From positions 4,219 through 68,218 of the IMG/VR virus record IMGVR_UViG_3300032296_002405: a stretch of 64,000 nt of DNA, one strand, 5' to 3'. Origin of the DNA: a virus. A program made the translations under genes and the position numbers. Shown here piece after piece: positions 32,007 through 39,706 of the stretch. Position 1 is the first letter of the stretch. Each line of letters begins with the position of its first letter. The notes under the pieces were generated by a model, which had not been told where the DNA came from, ran no database searches, and saw only the letters and a list, made by a program, of their open reading frames with translations.

Positions 32007-34115
32007 ATTATAGCACTTGACCATGGCTGGTCCTTTCCGTTTTGTTTTGGGATCGCCGAATAGTTTACGGAGTTCGATACCGAACTTGGCCATATGTCGT
32101 ATTTGTTGTTTGGTATTGATTTCTATTTCATTTTTTATTTCGGTGGCGGTGAGCCAGTCGATGTGTCCTGATCCGTCGGGGGGGTAGAAGAATTGGAGGA
32201 TGAGTTCTCGTTCGTAGCAGATGGAGGTAAAGTCATCGGACACATCTCCGAGTTGATTGACCTCGTCGGTGGACAGGAGCCATGTTTCGCCTGATGCGTA
32301 TGCGTGGTAAGCTTCCATGAAGAGTTCCACTCGGTCAATGGCATTGATACGATTGAAGTCTATCGACTCCACTTTGATTGGAAGGATACGGGTATTGCCG
32401 GTCGGGTCGGATATGACTTCGTTAGGGTTGGAAGTACCGCACAGGACGGCTAGGCGTTTGTAGTCCATGTTGTCCCGGCGGTATGGCGCTCGGAGGGAGA
32501 AGGTGTCTTTGGAGGTAAGTTCTTTGAGGCGTTTCTCGTCTTGTTTGGATTTGCCACCCATTTCGTCGTCCATGACAATGAGTTTCTGGCACATGAGCAG
32601 TTCATCGTCTTTGCCTCGGTCGAGTTTGGATTCTGCGTAGTACGACCGAAGGGAGTTAGGCAGTAGCCGACGAAAGAACTCTGTTTTGCCGTTGTATTGG
32701 GGGCCGGTGAAAACGAGCATGGACCGCACGGGGTATCCGTCTATGGCGGCGTGTATGCCGATGAGCCACTTGCGTATCCAGTTGGCGGCGTGTGGGGTAT
32801 TGGTACGAACGCAGGAGATGAGGGCATCGATGACACCGGTTGGTTGTACCGATTGGTGTTTGGCGATGAACTCCTTGATGGGGTGGTAGGTGGGGGTTTG
32901 GTTGGAGAACAGTATGGTCTGGACCAGGTCCTTGGTGACGTTGGGTGTGTTGAACACGGCTCTGGCGTTGAGGTAGATGTCGTTGATGTCTTCTTCGAGG
33001 AGGGCTTCGCCGGAGCGGGATTTCTCGAGTTTGTGGGTTACGGCGTTTCGTTTGACCGGGTACTTGGTCTTGATGAACATGATAAGGCCTTCGATCAGGT
33101 GTTCGGGGTCTGAGGCGAGGGTGGCCAGGGTCACATCGGGTCGGGACTGTACGCTCCGTGCGATGGATTCGGCTTGTGTGGTTGACAGGTCGCCTCTGCT
33201 GGACAGTACGGATGCCACGTCTTCGCCCGATGCCTTGGCTGTTGCGGCCAGGGTTATGAGATCTCGGTTGGTCTTGGGCAGTGTCACGCCTGCCTGTTTG
33301 AGCATGTGGTAGAAGGTTCCGATGGTGACACGGCGTCCGGTGGTGTCACGGCGCAGTGCGATGGAGTACTGTCGGTCGGCCTGCTCGGTGGAGTACTTGG
33401 CACTCATGGAGCAGAGCGAGTGGAAGTGTGAACGGCCTGACTCGCCCAGTTCGTCGGCCAGGGCGAAGGAGAGGTTGAGGTAGTCTTCGTAGGATTCGGC
33501 GATGCTGACTCCGGATGCTACGGCGTCGGATACGAGTTGGCTGATTTGGTCACCGGTGTATACGATGGGTAGGGACTTGGGTACTACTACACGGCGTGCC
33601 TTGGTCTTGGCTGTTCGGCTGGACTCGTTGACGACCAGGTCCGGGTCATACGATACGAACCGAAGTGATACGATGTTGCGTGGTTTGGAGTCGATGACTA
33701 CGCCGTAGGTGTCGAAGTAGTATTGTTGGAGCCAGTCGAAGGATTCGTTGTGTTTGTCGGGTTTGACTTTGACCATGATGGCCACGCCTTGGCGGCTGAC
33801 CGAGTCGAACAGGGCGTAGGTGTACGGGTCCAGTGCCAGTGCGGTTCGGTTGCATTCGGTGTCGATGTCGATGCAGATGAATCCTGAGTGTTTGACCAGG
33901 GACGATTGGTTGCGTTTGGTGAACACGCCGCTGACGGTCACGCACGGTACGGATCGTTTGGCGGTGTCGCGGGAGTCCTTGTCCTCACAAGAGCGGACGG
34001 CTTCGACTTGTTCGGCCCATTTGCCGTTGCGTATGCCATCGAGCAGTTCGCTGATGGCGAGCATGGCTGATGGTTCGGTTGCGTATGCGTTTGGGAACAG
34101 GGATATTTGGCTCAT
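31941..34115 (-). CDS. Primase-helicase: BT4734-like/VirE-N domain, PriCT-2, VirE/VapE P-loop ATPase
   Basis: TVSGVF...HSGFICIDID; FHSLCSMSAKY...TIGTFYH (PriCT-2); Walker A GPQYNGKTEF, VMDDE, RAPY, DPTGNTRIL. Confidence 0.85.
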   Translation of the reverse strand: MSQISLFPNAYATEPSAMLAISELLDGIRNGKWAEQVEAVRSCEDKDSRDTAKRSVPCVTVSGVFTKRNQSSLVKHSGFICIDIDTECNRTALALDPYTYALFDSVSRQGVAIMVKVKPDKHNESFDWLQQYYFDTYGVVIDSKPRNIVSLRFVSYDPDLVVNESSRTAKTKARRVVVPKSLPIVYTGDQISQLVSDAVASGVSIAESYEDYLNLSFALADELGESGRSHFHSLCSMSAKYSTEQADRQYSIALRRDTTGRRVTIGTFYHMLKQAGVTLPKTNRDLITLAATAKASGEDVASVLSSRGDLSTTQAESIARSVQSRPDVTLATLASDPEHLIEGLIMFIKTKYPVKRNAVTHKLEKSRSGEALLEEDINDIYLNARAVFNTPNVTKDLVQTILFSNQTPTYHPIKEFIAKHQSVQPTGVIDALISCVRTNTPHAANWIRKWLIGIHAAIDGYPVRSMLVFTGPQYNGKTEFFRRLLPNSLRSYYAESKLDRGKDDELLMCQKLIVMDDEMGGKSKQDEKRLKELTSKDTFSLRAPYRRDNMDYKRLAVLCGTSNPNEVISDPTGNTRILPIKVESIDFNRINAIDRVELFMEAYHAYASGETWLLSTDEVNQLGDVSDDFTSICYERELILQFFYPPDGSGHIDWLTATEIKNEIEINTKQQIRHMAKFGIELRKLFGDPKTKRKGPAMVKCYNVVRCGKTTYHTFQPDNQSPPF

Positions 34116-34223
34116 GGTGTGTGTCCCTGCGAGACCGACCTGGCCGACATGGATGGGAAGGCTCGTTGGGGAAGGCGAATATAATGTAACGCTACGAGTT
34201 ACGAACCAATGTTGAAAACTTTC

Positions 34224-34472
34224 CTATGAGTACTTAAAAATAATTTCATTGTATTTTTGAAGGAAATCCTCAAAAGAGTTTATATGGATAAAACTAACAT
34301 TATCCATATTGTTTGATCCGTTATCGATAACCCAGTAAATTTCTATTGGTATATCTATTCCAGTAATCCTTACATTGATATTTGATACAACTTTATTACT
34401 ATTTGAATTCCAGGCCGTGTGGCCATTATCAATAAGGTGTTTTATTATCGATGATTTTAGATTTTGCATCAA
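34224..34472 (-). CDS. Degenerate VRR-NUC-like paralog (AT-rich)
   Basis: Aligns by eye with 35269..35718 (IxxxLxxxGHxA...SFEDFLQKY vs TFDDFYEKY) but lacks the catalytic D and ExK. Confidence 0.45.
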   Translation of the reverse strand: MMQNLKSSIIKHLIDNGHTAWNSNSNKVVSNINVRITGIDIPIEIYWVIDNGSNNMDNVSFIHINSFEDFLQKYNEIIFKYS

Positions 34473-35151
34473 TTATAACTCTATTTACTATTATTTTTTT
34501 CTTTCTTGCAATGTAATAACATTTAATACACCTAGTACTATTTTTATATATAATAGAATCGCAATCAATACATTTTTTAAATATAAATTCTCTAGTTTTT
34601 TTTCTAATATTTTTAAAATCTAATCCATGTACTTTACCATGGCAATTTATACATAATGTAATACCATTATCTATGTCAAATCTTTTTTCAATAGATACTG
34701 ACCATGGTATTATATGATGAGCTTCAAGATTAATATTCGAGTTGCAATGTTTGCAATTATAATTATCCCTTTTTAATACAGCATTCCTCCATTTGTATAT
34801 TTCCCTTGAATATTTTGATCTTTTATTTGTATTGTATTTTCCTCCTTTCCAAAAATTAGACTTTTCCCCTTTTAATCTTTCAGATTGGGCGTCATTTTGA
34901 CATTTTGATGAGCAGTATTTATTTCTATATCTTTTTTTTTCACCATTTAATTGCCATTGGTTTCCACATCTTTTACAGTTTTTATATCTGGGTTTTATAT
35001 TGTGTTTTTTGCCTATCCTTTGATTAGATTTGTTTTTGTTTTGGCATTCTTTTGAACAAGTAAATACTCTGTTTTCTTTTGATTTTTGTATATCAAAAGA
35101 GGCATTACATACCTTACAGTTTTTTATAATTCTGTTTTTTTTATTAAACAT
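34429..35151 (-). CDS. HNH endonuclease with Zn-ribbon repeats
   Basis: NFWKGG, WRNAVLKRDNYNCKHC...LEAHHIIPW...DIDNGITLCINCH; very AT-rich. Confidence 0.9.
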   Translation of the reverse strand: MFNKKNRIIKNCKVCNASFDIQKSKENRVFTCSKECQNKNKSNQRIGKKHNIKPRYKNCKRCGNQWQLNGEKKRYRNKYCSSKCQNDAQSERLKGEKSNFWKGGKYNTNKRSKYSREIYKWRNAVLKRDNYNCKHCNSNINLEAHHIIPWSVSIEKRFDIDNGITLCINCHGKVHGLDFKNIRKKTREFIFKKCIDCDSIIYKNSTRCIKCYYIARKKKIIVNRVIIDAKSKIIDNKTPY

Positions 35152-35266
35152 TTAAAATACCCCCCAATCAAACAAAGGCTACCCAGTGTCCGCTTATGCG
35201 AAAAATGGCAATGTTTGAAATAGGGGGATTTAAATATCATAGTAACTGAGTAGCATTACAAAAATA
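35152..35266 (-). promoter_or_regulatory. Promoter plus structured 5' leader of the HNH gene
   Basis: TATTTTTG box 35259-35266; GCTACTCAGT/ACTGGGTAGC and CCCCCTATTTCAAACA/TGTTTGATTGGGGG pairings. Confidence 0.55.
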
Positions 35267-35268
35267 TA

Positions 35269-35718
35269 TTATGATTCAATAAATTGCATATATTTTTCAT
35301 AAAAATCATCGAATGTTTTCACAATCCAATATTGCGCTCCTGCTCGTTCAACCTTTTCCTTGAATTCATGTTGAGCTGTTGACATTCGATCTTTTCCAAT
35401 CTTTATTTCAATCCAAACCGCATGGGCTATACCGTTTTTATTGATGTTAGCCGATATGTCTGCAATACCTTTTGCTTGGGTTGATGGGCGGTAATATCCA
35501 CCATTGACATGAGCTTTTTCTTTAACCCAAAGTCCAGTATTGTTTATGCGTGATGCAAAGTGTCCAGAGAAATTCAGAAAGTCGCATATTGCTGATGTAC
35601 AGCCATTTGCAGTTGTTGTTTTATATTTTTTCACAGGCCTGTATGAATCTGGGAATTCTGGGTATTTACGTTTATTTTCCTCAATGGCAAGTGCTTTGAG
35701 TCTGTCGAGTGGTTTCAT
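35269..35718 (-). CDS. VRR-NUC family nuclease (Holliday-junction resolvase-like)
   Basis: KGIADIS...WIEIKIGKDRMSTAQHEF...GAQYWIVKTFDDF. Confidence 0.8.
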   Translation of the reverse strand: MKPLDRLKALAIEENKRKYPEFPDSYRPVKKYKTTTANGCTSAICDFLNFSGHFASRINNTGLWVKEKAHVNGGYYRPSTQAKGIADISANINKNGIAHAVWIEIKIGKDRMSTAQHEFKEKVERAGAQYWIVKTFDDFYEKYMQFIES

Positions 35719-35993
35719 ATGTCGTCTTTACACCATATCGGGGTTTTCTCTCCTACGTATGATCCGTGTACGTTGTAGTAGAAGTATTCGATTGCATCTT
35801 CCTGGTCCATATCACGGCAAAGGATTTCGATACATTTGGATACGCTATATATAAGGCGCATGCTGTTTTCTTCGATGCCGATGATGGCTTCATTGAATCC
35901 GTCGGCTTTGAGTATCTCTTCTTCCGGAAACCATTCGAGTATGTACTCAAGCATTCCTTGTGGTTCGTCCGGTCCTATTTTGAATTGGTCCAT
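35715..35993 (-). CDS. Conserved phage hypothetical protein
   Basis: ADGFNEAIIG...DAIEYFYYNVHGSYVGEKTPIW; promoter TATTTTTG at 36010-36017. Confidence 0.75.
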   Translation of the reverse strand: MDQFKIGPDEPQGMLEYILEWFPEEEILKADGFNEAIIGIEENSMRLIYSVSKCIEILCRDMDQEDAIEYFYYNVHGSYVGEKTPIWCKDDI

Positions 35994-36069
35994 GTGTTTT
36001 GTTTAGTTACAAAAATAAAAAAATCTTCCAATAAATTTGGAGTATCGAAAATTTGTTTATCTTCGCATC

Positions 36070-36249
36070 ATGGTACTGATAAACCTCACGGATGACCAGT
36101 CGATAGAGTTGAAGCATATCGAGAATCTGGGTCTTATTGCGTTGACCACGACCCAGTGGGGGAATGAAAGCACTACGGTGTATCTGACCAAGGAGGAGGT
36201 GGTTTACGTCGCCGAATTTATGTTGAACTATATCGATTCGGTATCATGA
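36070..36249 (+). CDS. Hypothetical protein
   Basis: ATG 4 nt after TATCTTCG box. Confidence 0.55.
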   Translation: MVLINLTDDQSIELKHIENLGLIALTTTQWGNESTTVYLTKEEVVYVAEFMLNYIDSVS

Positions 36250-36410
36250 GGAAGGAGTTGCGCATATTGATACCGGTGACGATGCACGAAATGATTCGCA
36301 TATTGGCACGAAGGAACAAAAGGACTATTACCAAGGAAGTGGAATTACTAATCGAAAATCATATAAGAAATGGAAATCAAAGGAAGAGTGAAGACAATCC
36401 TGCCTATTGA
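36246..36410 (+). CDS. Arc/MetJ-like ribbon-helix-helix protein (54 aa, not in ORF track)
   Basis: MRKELRILIPVTMHEMIRILARRNKRTITKEVELLIE matches the RHH pattern. Confidence 0.6.
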   Translation: MRKELRILIPVTMHEMIRILARRNKRTITKEVELLIENHIRNGNQRKSEDNPAY

Positions 36411-36675
36411 GCAGGGAGAGAGTAAGAACGGAAAAGGATGGAAGCGTCGTGACTTCATCGTGGAGTTCAAGGATGGCAGTTACGACAAGCTTGCGGCGTT
36501 CACGGCCCGTACTGATGCGGCGCTTGAGCGTGTAGGCAACTTGGCTGAAGGGGCTGAGGTGAACGTGGCTTTCAATGTGGAGAGCCGTGAGTACAACGGA
36601 AAGTATTACACGAACCTGAACGCTTGGAAGATTGAGTTGCTTCAGTCTGCACCGGCTACCGACTTGCCGTTCTGA
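36370..36675 (+). CDS. DUF3127-type single-stranded DNA-binding protein
   Basis: MEIKGRV...GESKNGKGWKRRDF...SREYNGKYYTNLNAWKI, acidic DLPF tail. Confidence 0.85.
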   Translation: MEIKGRVKTILPIEQGESKNGKGWKRRDFIVEFKDGSYDKLAAFTARTDAALERVGNLAEGAEVNVAFNVESREYNGKYYTNLNAWKIELLQSAPATDLPF

Positions 36676-36962
36676 TGAGAAACAAGTTGGCTGGAAAGTT
36701 CAAGGGTAAGAGCAAATCGGCTCGTTACTTCGCATTGAATCCTGATTCGAGGGAGAAGAAGAACGAGTACAACAAGGAATACCACAGTACCGAGGAGAGA
36801 AGGAGGTATCGGTCCCGGCTCAACGGGGCGAATCGTACCTCCGGCTCCAAGGTCGGTGACGGCAAGGATGTGAGCCACACCAAGGATGGTGGAACCACGC
36901 TTGAGAAGGCCAGCTCGAACAGGGCTAGGAATGGAAGAGGTAACAAGCCAAGACTTAAATAG
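36675..36962 (+). CDS. Small basic HNH-like protein
   Basis: GDGKDVSH...SSNRARN. Confidence 0.55.
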   Translation: MRNKLAGKFKGKSKSARYFALNPDSREKKNEYNKEYHSTEERRRYRSRLNGANRTSGSKVGDGKDVSHTKDGGTTLEKASSNRARNGRGNKPRLK

Positions 36963-37164
36963 GTATTACATTGAGGGGATTGACCACATGTTGACTGCCA
37001 GGGTATGCAAGATGTTGAAGCATAAATGGCAGAACCTGAACGACTGTAGTGTGGACATGCCCAGGATGATACAGTACTACGGCTCTGATCGGGAGACGTT
37101 GATTAAGATAATAAAATGGTATGAATCGAACCTGCTTGTTACTACCTTTACCATTAATGGTTGA
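36931..37164 (+). CDS. Hypothetical protein
   Basis: Operon-filling ORF, likely start MEEVTSQ. Confidence 0.5.
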   Translation: MEEVTSQDLNRYYIEGIDHMLTARVCKMLKHKWQNLNDCSVDMPRMIQYYGSDRETLIKIIKWYESNLLVTTFTING

Positions 37165-37381
37165 GTTGGTGATATTCAGGGTCAAGGACTTCTACTGCGG
37201 TTATGTCAGGGGCAAGGTTTATTTGTGTGCTTTTGGCGAAACTGTTGAGGATGTGGCGGAGGAACTGTTGCATAATATAGAGGTATACGAGTTCATACAG
37301 ATGGAACTTGCTTTGAATGACTTATTGAACGAACTACAAATATCAAGACCCAATGAACCTGACGAATCAACAACTACTTAA
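37157..37381 (+). CDS. Hypothetical protein
   Basis: Operon-filling ORF, likely start MVELVIF. Confidence 0.5.
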   Translation: MVELVIFRVKDFYCGYVRGKVYLCAFGETVEDVAEELLHNIEVYEFIQMELALNDLLNELQISRPNEPDESTTT

Positions 37382-37682
37382 CTGCTACGAGCAGCTTATC
37401 GACATGAAGCGCAACGGCTCCATTGTTGCGTATTTATTGAAGGGCAAGATTGCCCAGTGGGAGAAGGATAACATGGTCCGTATCAACTCCATTCTTGAGA
37501 AGATGAAGGAGATTGACATGGAGTATTGGCAGCATACGGCCATTGATGGTCGTGTGGAGTACAAGATGGTTGACGGAGAGGATGGCAAGCGCGAACCTGT
37601 ATTGATTGAGGGTAAGACCCGTGAGGAGTTCGAGGCTAAATATAAGGAGTTGCTGTCCACCGAGACAACTATGATACTATGA
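37353..37682 (+). CDS. Hypothetical protein
   Basis: 109 aa coupled ORF. Confidence 0.65.
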   Translation: MNLTNQQLLNCYEQLIDMKRNGSIVAYLLKGKIAQWEKDNMVRINSILEKMKEIDMEYWQHTAIDGRVEYKMVDGEDGKREPVLIEGKTREEFEAKYKELLSTETTMIL

Positions 37683-38188
37683 TTATAACCGTTACGGGAC
37701 TTCCAAGGAGTGGTACGGCATTCGTGTCGATGCTGCTGAACATGCACCCTAGCTGTGTGGCTTATCATGAATTGGCTGCATACGACAGGAATTGGAGGGA
37801 GACTATTGTGGACAGTTATTGGGATATCGTGGCTGACTGCAACACATATGGGTTCATGCCTGAGGCTTGGATTCGTTCGGAGCGCAGGATTATGATTGAC
37901 AGTGATGTTGTCCAGAGCCATGTTAGTTCGGAGATAGCTTGCCGTAAGTTGATTGATCCGGATTTGATGCCTGCTTTGCGAATCATGCTGGAGGACTGGC
38001 GAGACCGGTACGATCCGATGGTGATACACCGTAACGAGGTGTTTACTTTCGATGGGTGTGTGGCGATATGGGAGTATTGTTTTGGGAAGCCTGTTCCGTA
38101 TATGAAGATAGAGCAGTTGATAAAGTTGAATGTACAACATAAGGATCCGCACATCAAGTTCGGACCGGAAGTGGAGTTTATATTATGA
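37679..38188 (+). CDS. Sulfotransferase-like P-loop protein
   Basis: ITVTGLPRSGTAFVSMLL...YHE is the sulfotransferase 5'-PSB-like motif. Confidence 0.65.
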   Translation: MIITVTGLPRSGTAFVSMLLNMHPSCVAYHELAAYDRNWRETIVDSYWDIVADCNTYGFMPEAWIRSERRIMIDSDVVQSHVSSEIACRKLIDPDLMPALRIMLEDWRDRYDPMVIHRNEVFTFDGCVAIWEYCFGKPVPYMKIEQLIKLNVQHKDPHIKFGPEVEFIL

Positions 38189-38577
38189 GGTTGACGGAAG
38201 AACAACACAGCCACCTCGAGGGGTTGGCCAAGGATGATAAGAACATCAAGGTTCTATTGGATTGGTACGATTCGGTGGTTAACAACAGTGCTTATGAAAG
38301 TTATGTTGCCAGGAAGGTGACGCTTGACCATTGGAACGCGGATTTGATTAATTTCAAGCCGTCGTTGTTCAGCAAGGATGATGATGACGAGGAGAAGGCG
38401 AAGGCCAGGGACAAGGAGGTTGACAGGGTGTTGAAATACCTGGAGAAGCAGACTGATTTGTACGAGCAGACCGAAGGGTTGTTGACTAAGCTGACCGGTG
38501 AGGAGCAGGAGGCGTTGAACAAGGACACCAGATTAAGGCAGAGTACGGACAGGGCGTTCAGGGCAAAAACGAGTTGA
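38185..38577 (+). CDS. Helical hypothetical protein (small terminase candidate by position)
   Basis: 130 aa, charged coiled coil, upstream of TerL. Confidence 0.4.
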   Translation: MRLTEEQHSHLEGLAKDDKNIKVLLDWYDSVVNNSAYESYVARKVTLDHWNADLINFKPSLFSKDDDDEEKAKARDKEVDRVLKYLEKQTDLYEQTEGLLTKLTGEEQEALNKDTRLRQSTDRAFRAKTS

Positions 38578-38578
38578 G

Positions 38579-38824
38579 ATGGAACACAGTTATGATTTGA
38601 AGATATACAACGGACGGGTCAAGGTTTATGTGGATGGATATGTGATGTTCACGTTCAACCAGATTGACTTCAAGGGTTATTATTCGTACAAGGATGATAC
38701 GGATCTGTATGGTATTGATGTGTATTTGATGAATGAGAAGGGTGGTGCTACCACGATGGAGGTATACTTCAAGACCAAGCACAATTGGTTGAATATATTG
38801 GCACTGTTGGATAAGCACCTATGA
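38579..38824 (+). CDS. Hypothetical protein
   Basis: 81 aa ORF. Confidence 0.6.
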   Translation: MEHSYDLKIYNGRVKVYVDGYVMFTFNQIDFKGYYSYKDDTDLYGIDVYLMNEKGGATTMEVYFKTKHNWLNILALLDKHL

Positions 38825-39015
38825 TGAAGCAGACGGCTGTTGAATGGATGATAGAGCAGTTGGACAATCCCACTAGGGAGACTTCGTGGCCGAAGGTGAA
38901 GGAGAATGCGTTGAAGATGGAGCAGAGGCAGATGATGGAGGCTTATGTGAAGGGATTGAGATGTATTACATACGATGATTACAATGATATGAACCATAAA
39001 ACTAAAACAAAATGA
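38821..39015 (+). CDS. Hypothetical protein (KQTAVEW-start family)
   Basis: MKQTAVEWM...ALKMEQRQMMEAY. Confidence 0.65.
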   Translation: MMKQTAVEWMIEQLDNPTRETSWPKVKENALKMEQRQMMEAYVKGLRCITYDDYNDMNHKTKTK

Positions 39016-39353
39016 TTTACAAGATTTCGACAGTGGCGTTGGGGCTTGGTTGCATTTTCCTTGGTACACGCATGAAGGTGGTACAGGAGAAGGTTGACCA
39101 GGTTGACCAGGCCGTAACCGAGCAGAGTGAGTCGGTGGTTTTGCTGACTGACCGCAACGAGAAGCTCAATGCGATGAACACGTATCTCCTTGAGGAGAAT
39201 GCGAGGTTAATCAACCAAGTGAACGAATTGAAATTTATTAATGACAAAAAACCCTTAATCATCTACAAAAATGAAAAGACTACTCCTATCAATGACAATG
39301 CTTCTGAGTTGTACAATGAGTTACTCTCAAAGCGTTACGGAACAGGTGAATGA
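39012..39353 (+). CDS. N-anchored coiled-coil protein (inner spanin-like)
   Basis: Hydrophobic N-terminus, heptad repeats, 83 nt overlap with next gene. Confidence 0.5.
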   Translation: MIYKISTVALGLGCIFLGTRMKVVQEKVDQVDQAVTEQSESVVLLTDRNEKLNAMNTYLLEENARLINQVNELKFINDKKPLIIYKNEKTTPINDNASELYNELLSKRYGTGE

Positions 39354-39705
39354 TACATTGGTTTACACGCCGGCCTATCTTATGGAGGCTTTGATGAGCG
39401 ATTTGAACCAATGCGATTTGGACCGTATTGAATTGAAGAAGGCCAAGGCGGAGTTGGCGTTGATATACATTGACCTTGCCAAGCACAGCAATACGATATC
39501 CTCGTTGAAAACCGATTTGAAGTCCCTTCGTTCGGAGCGTGACACTTTGGAGGCGCAGAACATGCAGATGGCCATTGACAACACGAAGGCTATGAAGCGT
39601 GTGAAGAAGAGCCGCAACGGGTGGTTTGTCACGGCTGTGATGGCTACGCTTGGTATGGTAGGCATTCATTACAATTGGAAGGAAAGCTGGGTTGATGTGA
39701 AGTGA
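39271..39705 (+). CDS. Secreted coiled-coil protein with C-terminal TM (spanin partner-like)
   Basis: Signal peptide, CDLDRIEL coiled coil, WFVTAVMATLGMVGI. Confidence 0.5.
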   Translation: MKRLLLSMTMLLSCTMSYSQSVTEQVNDTLVYTPAYLMEALMSDLNQCDLDRIELKKAKAELALIYIDLAKHSNTISSLKTDLKSLRSERDTLEAQNMQMAIDNTKAMKRVKKSRNGWFVTAVMATLGMVGIHYNWKESWVDVK

Positions 39706-39706
39706 G

